From assembly GCA_036559405.1 (NCBI GenBank), contig DATBTF010000051.1, forward strand, positions 1 to 57,078: 57,078 nucleotides of DNA, in the 5' to 3' direction. Below the pieces are notes generated by a model that worked only from the letters and a program-made list of their open reading frames with translations, was not told the origin of the DNA and ran no database searches. A program made the translations under genes and the position numbers. Positions 1-8,614 of this stretch are shown piece by piece (position 1 is the stretch's first letter; each line of letters starts with the position of its first letter). The DNA is from Bdellovibrionota bacterium. Its GTDB lineage: Bacteria > Bdellovibrionota > UBA1018 > CAIPTA01.

Positions 1-485
1 CCCTCTTTCGGCTGTCTCTCCAGCCTTTCTATGAACTGGGCTCCGATCTTTTCAATGGCCCGCCGGGATCTGACGTTATTTTCGCCAATATAGAAGTAAA
101 CTTCGTTTACGTATTGGAAAGCATGGCCAAGCATCAGCTTCTTCAGCTCTGTATTGTAGCCCTTTCCCCAACACCTCCGGGCGAGAAACGTATAGCCCAC
201 CTCAATTCGAGCGTTGGGAACATCCAAGCCAGTGAAACGCGAAGTACCGATCACCTCGCCGGAAATGGAATCGAAAGCCAATAGGGCTCCCTTGGATTCC
301 ATAGCCCCTTGAAAAAAACCCTGGAAGACATCCCTCTGATAACGAGTTCGTTCGGGATGCTGCTCCCAGACGAGGGGGTCCGAAGAAACGGCGAAAAGCG
401 ATTCGAAGTCGGCGGCCAGGAGCGGGCGCAGGCGGACCAGTTTTCCCTCCAGCAGCGGCTGCAGGTTGAATCCGGGCATGCTCAT
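1..485 (-). CDS. GNAT-family N-acetyltransferase (RimJ/RimL-like); 3' end runs off the window
   Basis: Not in the ORF track because it has no in-window stop. The reverse strand from ATG 485 is open to position 1: MSMPGFNLQPLLEGKLVRLRPLLAADFESLF...IEVGYTFLARRCWGKGYNTELKKLMLGHAF...NVRSRRAIEKIGAQF, a GNAT core pattern. Its ATG overlaps the udk stop (ATGA). Confidence 0.6.
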   Translation of the reverse strand, partial: MSMPGFNLQPLLEGKLVRLRPLLAADFESLFAVSSDPLVWEQHPERTRYQRDVFQGFFQGAMESKGALLAFDSISGEVIGTSRFTGLDVPNARIEVGYTFLARRCWGKGYNTELKKLMLGHAFQYVNEVYFYIGENNVRSRRAIEKIGAQFIERLERQPKE

Positions 486-1114
486 AAAAACTTCTGCAGC
501 CTCTCACTTACCTCGCGCAATGCCATCGAGAAGTCGCCTTGGTCGCAAACCACGCGACTCGCATGCGCCTTCGAAGGCTCGACATAGAGATCGTGCATCG
601 GCTTCACCTGCTTGAGGAACTGGGTTTTCACTCCCTCGGGAGTGCGGCCGCGTTCCTTTACATCGCGCTCCATGCGCCGCTGGAAACGAATGGCTTCCGG
701 CGTGTCGAAAAATATCCGCTCGTCGAAAAGCCCCCGCGCCAACTCGGAATGCAGGATCAGGATGCCGTCCACAATCAGGATCGGCCGCGGTTCCACCTTC
801 AGTGTCTGGGGAGAACGGGTATGGGTGGCGAAATCATAGATGGGAATCTCCGTGCTCCTGCCTTCCTGCAGCTCCCGCAGGCAGCGCGCGAGCAAGGGGA
901 AGTCGATGGAGTCAGGATGGTCAAAGTTTACCGAGCCGCCGTCCCTGTCAAAACGGGCTGACTGGTCGATATAAAAGTTGTCCTGGTAAATCAGCTCGCA
1001 GTGCGAGGGCCCCAGCTGCTGGCGGAGGGCGCGGGCGAAAAAAGTCTTGCCCGAGCCACTGCCGCCGGCCACTCCAAGGAGATAAGGCTTACTTCGTCTG
1101 ATAGAGCCGGTCAC
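482..1114 (-). CDS. udk: uridine kinase
   Basis: P-loop LLGVAGGSGSGKTF, then IYQDNFY, DHPDSIDF, ILIVDGIL and FFDTPEAIRFQRRMERD. Track ORF 482..1192 trimmed to GTG 1114; the upstream residues are not kinase-like. Start uncertain. Confidence 0.85.
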   Translation of the reverse strand: MTGSIRRSKPYLLGVAGGSGSGKTFFARALRQQLGPSHCELIYQDNFYIDQSARFDRDGGSVNFDHPDSIDFPLLARCLRELQEGRSTEIPIYDFATHTRSPQTLKVEPRPILIVDGILILHSELARGLFDERIFFDTPEAIRFQRRMERDVKERGRTPEGVKTQFLKQVKPMHDLYVEPSKAHASRVVCDQGDFSMALREVSERLQKFL

Positions 1115-1721
1115 CCGCGTCTCCCAGACCCGGCACGAGATAGCCCAGATCGTTGATCTCCTTTTCCACCCCGAGTGTGAAGATCTCCACATCCGGGTGG
1201 AAATGGTGGATGCGCTCCACGGCGAATTCGCTGATCAGGATCGAAAGCACTTTCACCCGCTCCACCTCATAGCTCTTCAACCTGTCGATGGCGGCGAGCA
1301 TGGTATCGGCGGTGGAGATCAGGGGATCGCAGAGCAGCGCCAGGCGGCCTTTGATGTCCGCGGGCATTTTGAAATAGTACTCCACTGTGTCGTGGATGAA
1401 TTTGTCGCGGTAGATGCCGATGAATCCCGCGCTGGCGAATGGAATCATCGAGAGCACGGGATCGAGCATGCCGTTCCCGGCCCGCATCACCGAGACCACC
1501 ACGGGGGGGTTCTGGATCCGATCGACTCTCGCCTTCGCAAGCGGGGTTTCGATCTCCACCTTGCCCATTTCTTTCCAGTCGCGCATCACCTCGTAGGCCA
1601 GAGAGCGGCTGACCTCCTTCACCAAGGCACGGAAGCCGGCCGAGGGCGTGTTTTTATCACGAAGGTAGCCCAGCTTATGTTTCAGGAGAGGATGATCGAC
1701 CACTACGAGTTTGTGCTTCAT
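1089..1721 (-). CDS. upp: uracil phosphoribosyltransferase
   Basis: MKHKLVVVDHPLLKHKL..., PRPP motif LLCDPLISTADT, C-terminal YLVPGLGDAGDRLY. ATG 1721 is preceded by GAAGG. Confidence 0.9.
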   Translation of the reverse strand: MKHKLVVVDHPLLKHKLGYLRDKNTPSAGFRALVKEVSRSLAYEVMRDWKEMGKVEIETPLAKARVDRIQNPPVVVSVMRAGNGMLDPVLSMIPFASAGFIGIYRDKFIHDTVEYYFKMPADIKGRLALLCDPLISTADTMLAAIDRLKSYEVERVKVLSILISEFAVERIHHFHPDVEIFTLGVEKEINDLGYLVPGLGDAGDRLYQTK

Positions 1722-1742
1722 GCTTGTTACCTTCACGTGTCC

Positions 1743-2963
1743 CTAGAAAACGGTCCCGTCGCTCACGATGTTCAGGGGCGGCACCCCGTCTTTGCGCTTC
1801 TCTTCGGCGAGCTGCCGGCCGGCCCACCAGGTTCCGCCTTCGAGCACCTTGGCCAAGGGAAAGTCCGCGGGGGATTTTTTCAGCGCCTTCTGCACTTCCG
1901 CGCCTACAAGATCCAGCAGGTGAATCGTGAGCGCGCGCCACTCGATAATCAGATCGTTTTCAGGCTTCCAGTCGCGCTCGGCGTCGGCCGGATCTTTGAG
2001 GCTGATCAGCCCCGAATCAAGAAACAATCCGCCGTTCCGGTACTCCGCCAAGCCCGTAAGCTCCTCCACACCGGTCACCGGCACACCTGCCTCGAGGATC
2101 GGTTCGATCATCGAATAGGTAAGCCACTGGGAAAGCTTATGGAAGGGAACGAGAGATTTGATAATGCTGGTGGGATCGAGGGCCGAATGCCTCCAGGTGT
2201 CGCCGAGGTTCACACCTTTACACATCATGCGTCCCGGCCAGATCGGCCCAAGGCCCTCGAGTACAACCCTCAGGATACCTGTGGCGGGGATCGACTCCCC
2301 AAAGCGGTTTCTCAGGCAATCGTAGATATGGCCAGGGCGCCCGGTGCCGAAGATCTCGCCATTGGAAAGGGCTTTGCCCAGACTCTTGAGCAGACCGAGC
2401 CGGCCTTCGACACCCACAAGCGGGTTTCGTTCGTTGGTCTGGAAATGTGTCATCAGCTCAGTCATTTTGAGCTTCTCCAGTCCCTGAGCGTCCACGCGCG
2501 GAGTCTGCCCGTCGGAGCTCATCGCGCCAGCGAGAAACATCCGCAGGCTCGCTACCCCGAGGCCTTCCGAGCGGAAAAGCAGCTGCGTGCCATCGCGGTA
2601 CTTCCATGCTGGGCCGGCTCCGGCGTCGAGCAGCACGGATGTGATCACCAGGTCGAGCTTGCAGCGCACCCGCTCGATGGCACCGAAGCGGGCGAGCTTC
2701 TCGTTCAGTTCCTTCACCCGATCCACACCACCCGCGCGGAAATGTCCCCAGCGCGAATGGAACGGAATATTCAGGTCCGGGTACTTCTTTTTTATTACGT
2801 CGAGCACCAGCTTCACCGTGGGCTCGAGCTTTTCGGGATGGTAGCGGAAGTGGCCTTTGCGCTTCTCGGTGCGCTCGAAGATCACCTTCGCGCGATCGCG
2901 GATCGCTTTGGGCGTGAAGATATATTCGAGCTCCGGCGTGCTTAGCGGCACTTCACTCTTCAA
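1743..2963 (-). CDS. URC4-like protein (DUF1688 family)
   Basis: 406 aa. Recognised from memory of the DUF1688/URC4 family (HSRWGHF, LLDAGAG, FHKLSQWLTYS, NGGLFLD). Sits between upp and a URC1-like gene, as in URC clusters. Confidence 0.7.
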   Translation of the reverse strand: MKSEVPLSTPELEYIFTPKAIRDRAKVIFERTEKRKGHFRYHPEKLEPTVKLVLDVIKKKYPDLNIPFHSRWGHFRAGGVDRVKELNEKLARFGAIERVRCKLDLVITSVLLDAGAGPAWKYRDGTQLLFRSEGLGVASLRMFLAGAMSSDGQTPRVDAQGLEKLKMTELMTHFQTNERNPLVGVEGRLGLLKSLGKALSNGEIFGTGRPGHIYDCLRNRFGESIPATGILRVVLEGLGPIWPGRMMCKGVNLGDTWRHSALDPTSIIKSLVPFHKLSQWLTYSMIEPILEAGVPVTGVEELTGLAEYRNGGLFLDSGLISLKDPADAERDWKPENDLIIEWRALTIHLLDLVGAEVQKALKKSPADFPLAKVLEGGTWWAGRQLAEEKRKDGVPPLNIVSDGTVF

Positions 2964-4221
2964 TGTTCCGCCCCTTCACTTTACGCAGCTGCTCGCGAGT
3001 CTTCTTCGGGCCGGTACTGAGGTAACCCGCCGCCTTTTTCGCCTCCATCTCCACGTGCGCATCCTGGGGGATGAGCTCGTCGGGGATGGAAATCCGGTTC
3101 ACCACCTCGATGCCACTCTCCACGATGGCGTCGTATTTCATATTGCTCATCGAGTGAAGGTTGTGGATTTTGCGAATGCCGAAGAAATGCAGCACGTCGG
3201 GCATGAACTCCTGGAAGCGCGCATCCTCCACTCCCGCAACGCACTCGGTGCGCTTGAAGTAGGTCTCGGCGCTGTCGCCGCCTTCCTGGCGCTTGCGAGC
3301 GTTATAAACGAGAAACTTCGTGACCTCGCCCAGCGCGCGGCCCTCCTTACGGTAGTAGACGATGATCCCCACTCCGCCCGCCTGGGCGGTGCGAGCGGCG
3401 TCTTCAATCCCGAACATGAGGTAGGGGCGGCAGGTGCAGATGTCAGAACCGAATACGTCGGAGCCGTTGCATTCATCGTGCACGCGGCAGGTGAGTTCAA
3501 CTTTAGGATTCGCGAGGTCTTCGGGATTGCCGAAGATATAGGCCGTGGAGGAGCCGATCGGCGGCAGCCAGACTTTGAGATCAGGACGCGTGATCAGCTC
3601 GGGATACATCCCTCCCGTTTCCTGGAACAACAAACGCCGCAGCTCGCCCTCATCGACCTCGAGCTTGGTGGCGATGCCTGACAGATACCAAACCGGGTCG
3701 AGAGCGACCTTCGTCACGCAGACATCGCCCTGGGCCCGGATGATCTTTCCGTCTTTTCTGAGCCGGCCTTTGCGGATGGCGTCTTCGATTTCGGGAATCT
3801 GCAAATGCGCCTGGGTCACGGCGATGGTCGGGCGGATGTCGTAGCCTTTTTTGTAGAGCGGACCGAAGTGAAGCTGGGGGTCGAGGCCCCAGGGGTCCAA
3901 GGACACGATCTTCGTGGGATCGAACCACTGCTTGTACGGGCCGATCTTCGTGGGGCTCTCGGTATTGTGCAGGTCGGGTACGTGAGCGTGCGGGTATTTT
4001 CCCGTGGCGATCGAGAGCGCACGGTACACCGTATAGCTTCCGCTATGCGTGCCGATGGCGTTGCGGGCTTTGGGGTTGGTGAGCGAGGCCACCACTGGCC
4101 CGCGCTTCATCGGATCTTTCTCACCCCAGCGGATCGGCAGGCTTTCTTTAAAAAGAAGGCTCGAATGCGTGGCGAGGATCACATGGTTGGCGCGTTTTTT
4201 CGGGTTGAGTTCCAGTTTCAT
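2953..4221 (-). CDS. URC1-like GTP cyclohydrolase II paralogue
   Basis: 422 aa. RVHDECNGSDVFGSDICTCRPYL matches the RibA zinc/GTP motif (RVHSEC..GD.FGS..C.C). A long N-terminal extension is typical of URC1 rather than RibA. Confidence 0.75.
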   Translation of the reverse strand: MKLELNPKKRANHVILATHSSLLFKESLPIRWGEKDPMKRGPVVASLTNPKARNAIGTHSGSYTVYRALSIATGKYPHAHVPDLHNTESPTKIGPYKQWFDPTKIVSLDPWGLDPQLHFGPLYKKGYDIRPTIAVTQAHLQIPEIEDAIRKGRLRKDGKIIRAQGDVCVTKVALDPVWYLSGIATKLEVDEGELRRLLFQETGGMYPELITRPDLKVWLPPIGSSTAYIFGNPEDLANPKVELTCRVHDECNGSDVFGSDICTCRPYLMFGIEDAARTAQAGGVGIIVYYRKEGRALGEVTKFLVYNARKRQEGGDSAETYFKRTECVAGVEDARFQEFMPDVLHFFGIRKIHNLHSMSNMKYDAIVESGIEVVNRISIPDELIPQDAHVEMEAKKAAGYLSTGPKKTREQLRKVKGRNIEE

Positions 4222-4225
4222 ACTT

Positions 4226-5692
4226 TCATCCCATCCAGGTGCTATCTTTTTGCGCTTCCCACTTCACGGTGACTTTCTTCACGTTCGACCAGAAATCCAG
4301 GCTGTGATGCCCGGTGATATCGCCATGGCCGAATTTCGAGGCATTGACGCCGCCGAAGGAAAAAGGCTCCCGCGGCACGGGCACGCCCACGTTCACGCCC
4401 ACCATGCCGGTGCTCGCTTCGCGTGCTACGCGTTCTGCGAGCGGGCCGGAAGAGGTGAAAACGGAGCAGGCATTGCCGTAGTCCACGGAATTTTCAATCG
4501 CCATGGCTTGCGATAGGTCTTTGCAGTGGACGATGCTCAGTACGGGGCCGAAAAGTTCCGTCGTCGCCGCCTCGGAGCCCTCTTTCACCATGTCCAGAAT
4601 CGTGGGGCCGAGCCAGTTGCCGCCCTCCTGTCCCGCGGGAGCTGCAGCCTTTCTTCCGTCCAGCAGAATTTTAGCGCCAGCCTTCTCGGCCCTTCCAATC
4701 GCTTCAACCAGGAAAGCTTTCTGCTCTTTGGTGATGATCGCGCCCATTGTTTTTCCCAATTCCAGCGACGAGGCGCGCTTAACGATCTGCTCGATATGTT
4801 TGTCGACGCTGCCTACCGCCAGCAAAACGGAAGCGGCCATGCAACGCTGGCCGGCGCATCCGGTGAAGGAATCCGAGATGCCGGGGCCCGCGAGCTCGGG
4901 CGCGGCGTCGGGCAGAAGCACGATGTGATTCTTGGCTCCGCCAAGCGCGAGTACGCGCTTCCCGAGATTGGTTCCACGTTGATATACAAGTTTCGCCACA
5001 CGAGTCGAACCAACGAAACCCACCGCCTTCACCAGTGGGTGATCGATGATTGCGTTCACGGTGTCCCCTGCCCCATGCAGAACGGTGAATACGCCCTTGG
5101 GCAGGCCAGCTTCAGAAAGAGCATCCGCTATCTTCTTCGCTGTCAGCGGAGTTTTGTCGGAGGGCTTCCAGACATACGCATTCCCCAAAGCCAGCGCGAT
5201 CGGGATCGTCCAGAGCGGCACCATCGCGGGAAAGTTGAAGGGCGTGATATTCGCGATCACGCCCAGAGGCTCGCGCCGGTATTCGCACCAGACTCCGCGC
5301 GAAACTTCCACCTTGCCGCCAAGATCGAGATTCTGGATCGATAAAGCGAACTCGAGCACCTCGATGCCCTTCATCAGGCCGGCCTTGCCTTCGTCAAAAG
5401 TTTTCCCGCTCTCGGCGCTCTTCAAAGAAGCGATAGCATCCGCCTCACGCAGAAGAATATTCCGGAAGTCGTAGAGAACTTTAGAACGCTCTTTCACGGG
5501 AAGCTGCGCCCAGGCCTTTTGCGCCACCGCCGCCGCCTGAATGGCTTTTTCGATCTGCGTTTTGGACGGAGCCGAGCACGAACCGAGCTTGCGCCCGTCA
5601 TGGGGCGAGTGGATCTCGCTCGTTCCGGCCTCGCCTTTGGCCCAGGAACCGTCAATAAAGTTATCGCAGACCACAGCTCCGGTCTGTTTCAT
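4226..5692 (-). CDS. mmsA: CoA-acylating (methyl)malonate-semialdehyde dehydrogenase family aldehyde dehydrogenase
   Basis: ALDH fold with FTGCAGQRCMAASV catalytic-Cys motif, FNFPAMVPLW and VGVNVGVPVP. ATG 5692 is preceded by GAGGTG; the track start at 5713 is a TTG. Confidence 0.85.
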   Translation of the reverse strand: MKQTGAVVCDNFIDGSWAKGEAGTSEIHSPHDGRKLGSCSAPSKTQIEKAIQAAAVAQKAWAQLPVKERSKVLYDFRNILLREADAIASLKSAESGKTFDEGKAGLMKGIEVLEFALSIQNLDLGGKVEVSRGVWCEYRREPLGVIANITPFNFPAMVPLWTIPIALALGNAYVWKPSDKTPLTAKKIADALSEAGLPKGVFTVLHGAGDTVNAIIDHPLVKAVGFVGSTRVAKLVYQRGTNLGKRVLALGGAKNHIVLLPDAAPELAGPGISDSFTGCAGQRCMAASVLLAVGSVDKHIEQIVKRASSLELGKTMGAIITKEQKAFLVEAIGRAEKAGAKILLDGRKAAAPAGQEGGNWLGPTILDMVKEGSEAATTELFGPVLSIVHCKDLSQAMAIENSVDYGNACSVFTSSGPLAERVAREASTGMVGVNVGVPVPREPFSFGGVNASKFGHGDITGHHSLDFWSNVKKVTVKWEAQKDSTWMG

Positions 5693-5948
5693 GCGCACCT
5701 CGAATGCGTTCAAAGGAACACGATAATGCAGGCTTAGAGGCTTGGGAAGCCCTCAGGGGCGGGGCGTCCAAGATACCGGAGTGATTCGCAGCAGAAGCGT
5801 CATTTCTCCGTCATCGCAAAGGGGCGAAAGGCGTTGGTATACTGAACGTCCGTTTGCCAGGAGGGGATTCGGATGCGTGCATGGATGGCACTTTTGGTTT
5901 TGCAGTTTTTTCCAGTGGAAGCGTGGGCGGACTGGGCGGAAGAAGCGA

Positions 5949-6410
5949 TCAGTCCTGCCTGGAAGGCCCTGGCCCTTCGCCCTTCTTCGTCTCGCCCGAA
6001 CCCTTGGCCAAACGGCTCAAAAAGCTCACCAGGAACTCTTCGAGCAGATCCTTGATCCGCTCTTCCCGGGAACTGGCCTGTCTTTGAGGCGCGGCCGGGG
6101 GAGACGAAGCACGGCTTAAGATCCAACCCACTGCGCAAAGCAGCAGGCCCAGCCCGAAGAGAATCGTGGACGAGACCATCAGGCCCGAATAGCGCATCCC
6201 CATGCCACCTTCGATCTGCAGCCCGACCTCCAGAACCGCTACGATCAGGCCGGAAAAAAAGAAAAGCGCCGCGAGGGAAAGGAAGAAAAAGGAAACGACC
6301 GCCCGCTTCCCTTTTTCCGCTACGTTCCGGGCCGACTCCACGATCGCCTGACCCTCGTAAAGACTCTTTCGCAAAGTTAGGAGCTGAAGAAGCAGAGACA
6401 ACCAGTTCAT
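5949..6410 (-). CDS. YqjE-like membrane protein (DUF1469/holin-X-like)
   Basis: Trimmed to MNWLSLLLQLLTLRK...; two TM segments. Lies immediately downstream of a YqjD-like gene, as in E. coli yqjD-yqjE. Confidence 0.5.
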   Translation of the reverse strand: MNWLSLLLQLLTLRKSLYEGQAIVESARNVAEKGKRAVVSFFFLSLAALFFFSGLIVAVLEVGLQIEGGMGMRYSGLMVSSTILFGLGLLLCAVGWILSRASSPPAAPQRQASSREERIKDLLEEFLVSFLSRLAKGSGETKKGEGPGPSRQD

Positions 6411-6412
6411 CG

Positions 6413-6667
6413 TTATTTTCTCCGTCCGAGGAAGGCGCCCAAAACAAAGCCCAGGGCTGCCGCGCCCGCCACGCTCTGCAACGGGTACTTGCGTACGAAA
6501 ACGGCTGCGTCGTCGCCCATTTCGGAGGCGACTTTTTTCAGCTGCTCCCATTCCTCGGAGTTCTCGAGAGCGTTCAGCCTCTCCTTGAGATTTTCCCCGG
6601 ATTCGGAGGCGGCCTTTTTCGCCCGCTCCGCCAGCTCTTCCAGCTTCGACTGCACGCTTTCTTTCAT
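6413..6667 (-). CDS. YqjD/ElaB-like (DUF883) membrane-anchored stress protein
   Basis: 84 aa. Helical charged N-terminus plus C-terminal anchor PLQSVAGAAALGFVLGAFLGRR, the ElaB/YqjD signature. Confidence 0.65.
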   Translation of the reverse strand: MKESVQSKLEELAERAKKAASESGENLKERLNALENSEEWEQLKKVASEMGDDAAVFVRKYPLQSVAGAAALGFVLGAFLGRRK

Positions 6668-7134
6668 AAACCTACCTTGCAGGAATATTTATCCGCCTGC
6701 ACGCCATGGTACCCTGCTCCTTTGTACTGTAACCACAATTTTAGCCGGCCGCCCTTGCCCTGGAACAAGGATTTTTCGGCATAGAGATAAACCGCGGTGC
6801 TCCGCTCCTCATCGGCGAAGCGGTCGCCCTCGGGATTGTCGCTCACATAGTAGGTGGGTACCCCGATTCGCTTCTCTTCGGAATGGGAAACGCGATTCGC
6901 ATGGTAGGAGTGGCCCTCGGCGGCGATGGCGGAGTTCTCTTCTCCCTTGCGCTTCACCAGAACGGAAAATTGCTTTTCGCTTTTGATTCCGAGCTGGAGC
7001 TCCAGTTCCACGGGAAAGCCCTGGTCTTCCACTTTGTCGAGATTGTTGCAGCGTATGGGAGTCGCCTGGGCTCTTCCGGAAGGAAAAAACAAAACAAAAA
7101 AAACCGCCAAAGACAGGAACATCCCTTTTCCCAT
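6664..7134 (-). CDS. secreted hypothetical protein
   Basis: Signal peptide MGKGMFLSLAVFFVLFFPSGRAQA. ATGA overlap with the downstream gene. No SD; see the leaderless finding. Confidence 0.6.
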   Translation of the reverse strand: MGKGMFLSLAVFFVLFFPSGRAQATPIRCNNLDKVEDQGFPVELELQLGIKSEKQFSVLVKRKGEENSAIAAEGHSYHANRVSHSEEKRIGVPTYYVSDNPEGDRFADEERSTAVYLYAEKSLFQGKGGRLKLWLQYKGAGYHGVQADKYSCKVGL

Positions 7135-7159
7135 GCGATCGAGCTTAACGAGCGAGTTC

Positions 7160-7172
7160 GGGCGATGTCAAC
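7160..7172 (-). repeat. degenerate copy of the TGACATCGCTCC motif
   Basis: The minus strand reads GTTGACATCGCCC. The TGA stop of 7168..7452 lies inside TTGACA. It is 37 nt upstream of ATG 7134. Confidence 0.5.
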
Positions 7173-7452
7173 GCGAGCGGGTTCTCCGCAGCCGATCCGG
7201 CGCGTTCATCTCCACCACCTCGACCATCGCCGCTTCCTCCGCCGGCAGGCTGGGATCTTTTATGGCACTATCCCCGCTCACCACTACCTGGAAGCTGGCT
7301 GGATCGTAGGAAACCCCGTCGAGATCGTAGTTGCCCAGATTGTCCGGAATCATGCGGCGGGTATCGCGGTGGGCGCGGACTTCGGGCAAGACCCGGTATC
7401 GCACAAAGGCCGCCAGCGAAAGACCGACAAACAAGCTTATCCTGCGAACCAT
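7168..7452 (-). CDS. small N-terminally anchored hypothetical protein
   Basis: C-terminal 94 codons of track ORF 7168..8115, starting MVRRISLFVGLSLAAFV. The rest of that ORF is antisense to the UDG gene. Confidence 0.35.
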   Translation of the reverse strand: MVRRISLFVGLSLAAFVRYRVLPEVRAHRDTRRMIPDNLGNYDLDGVSYDPASFQVVVSGDSAIKDPSLPAEEAAMVEVVEMNAPDRLRRTRSR

Positions 7453-7503
7453 GAGCGCCTCCCATTCCGATCCTTGCAAGCCCGCGGCCATGCTCCATGA
7501 CAG

Positions 7504-8205
7504 TTGCAAATTCGCCGCACAGCCGCGAGAGTAGCCACGTTGAAGCCGCTGGAAAAAATCCAGGAGAAGATCGTGAACTGCGAGCTCTGCCCTCGCCTGC
7601 GAAAGCATTGCGCCTCCATCGCCAGGGAAAAGCGCCATGCCTTCCGGAACGAGACCTACTGGGGCAGGCCGGTTCCCAGCTTCGGCGACCCCGAGGCTCG
7701 GCTGCTGATCGTTGGCCTTGCCCCGGCCGCCCACGGCGCCAACCGTACCGGCCGGATGTTCACGGGCGATCGCTCGGGCGACTGGCTGTACCGCGCTCTT
7801 CACAAGGCCGGCTTCGCGAGCCAGGCAAGCTCCCTCGGCCTGGACGACGGCCTGAAACTGCGCGATGCCTGGATCACTGCCACCGCCCACTGCGCGCCTC
7901 CCGACAACAAACCCAGCCCGGTGGAGATCGCCCGCTGCTCGTCCTACCTGAAAAGCGAGCTCACCTCGATGAAACGGGTCAAGGTGGTCCTGGTGCTGGG
8001 AGGCATCGCCCTGAACGGCATCTGGAAGTTCGTGGGCCACGGCGCCCGCCCGAAATTCGGCCATGGAGCGGAGCGCACACTGGAAAGCGGGAAGACGCTT
8101 CTGATGAGCTACCATCCTAGCCAGCAGAACACCTTCACCGGACGGCTCACCGAGCCCATGTTCGACTCGATCTTCGCGAGGGCGAACGAGCTAATCAGGA
8201 AATAG
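7504..8205 (+). CDS. uracil-DNA glycosylase, family 4/5 (UdgB-like)
   Basis: CELCPRL Fe-S Cys pattern, motif A GLAPAAHGANRTGRMFTGD (family-5-like, no catalytic polar residue), HPSQQN motif B. Start uncertain (TTG 7504 or TTG 7540). Confidence 0.8.
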   Translation: MQIRRTAARVATLKPLEKIQEKIVNCELCPRLRKHCASIAREKRHAFRNETYWGRPVPSFGDPEARLLIVGLAPAAHGANRTGRMFTGDRSGDWLYRALHKAGFASQASSLGLDDGLKLRDAWITATAHCAPPDNKPSPVEIARCSSYLKSELTSMKRVKVVLVLGGIALNGIWKFVGHGARPKFGHGAERTLESGKTLLMSYHPSQQNTFTGRLTEPMFDSIFARANELIRK

Positions 8206-8227
8206 ACGGAGAATAAAACGAAAATTT

Positions 8228-8614
8228 CTAATGGCAGTACCTCTGCGCCACCTGGAGAAGTTTGGCGATGTCGATGGGCTTGGTGAGCACTTCACTTACC
8301 TGGCAGCCGGCGGCGCCTTTTTCTCCTGCGGCGGTGATCAGCACCACCGGGGTTTTCGCCACGGAACGGTTTTCGGCCTGAGCCATCGCCCGCAGGAACC
8401 CGCGGCCGTCCATCACCGGCATCATCAGATCGAGCAGCACCAGGCAAGGTTTGACTTTGGCAAGGGTTTCCAAGCCAGTGCTGCCGTTCTCCGCCATTGC
8501 CACCGAATACCCTTCGCTCACGAACAGCTCCTCGAGCGCTTCACGGATGCTGTCGTCGTCCTCAATCACTAGAATTTGTTTATGGCCCTCGTCCTGGCCG
8601 AGATGGTTTTCCAA
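8228..8614 (-). CDS. single-domain response regulator (CheY-like receiver)
   Basis: ILVIEDDD, LVLLDLMMPVMDG (phospho-Asp) and LTKP. No output domain. Confidence 0.85.
   Translation of the reverse strand: MENHLGQDEGHKQILVIEDDDSIREALEELFVSEGYSVAMAENGSTGLETLAKVKPCLVLLDLMMPVMDGRGFLRAMAQAENRSVAKTPVVLITAAGEKGAAGCQVSEVLTKPIDIAKLLQVAQRYCH

Noticed and set aside
1197-2945. 582-aa ORF on the + strand
   Set aside because: It is antisense to upp and the URC4-like gene. Its composition is dominated by G/H/R/A/V/L with no motifs, a typical high-GC shadow ORF, whereas the minus-strand products have clear family signatures.
5873-6055. 60-codon + strand ORF with an excellent SD (AGGAGGGG) and a signal-peptide-like N-terminus
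   Set aside because: It overlaps the 3' end of the yqjE-like gene by about 107 nt in convergent orientation, and its C-terminal half is Pro/Ser-rich low complexity. It cannot be excluded, but evidence is insufficient to call it.
7085-7100. A8/T8 homopolymer inside the signal-peptide codons of 6664..7134, considered as a phase-variation tract
   Set aside because: It simply encodes the Phe-rich hydrophobic core (FFVLFF). It is a single short tract with no evidence of variability from one sequence.
7453-8115. Upstream two-thirds of the 315-aa minus-strand ORF 7168..8115
   Set aside because: It is antisense to the uracil-DNA glycosylase gene. Only the last 94 codons (7168..7452) lie in otherwise non-coding DNA, and those were kept at low confidence.
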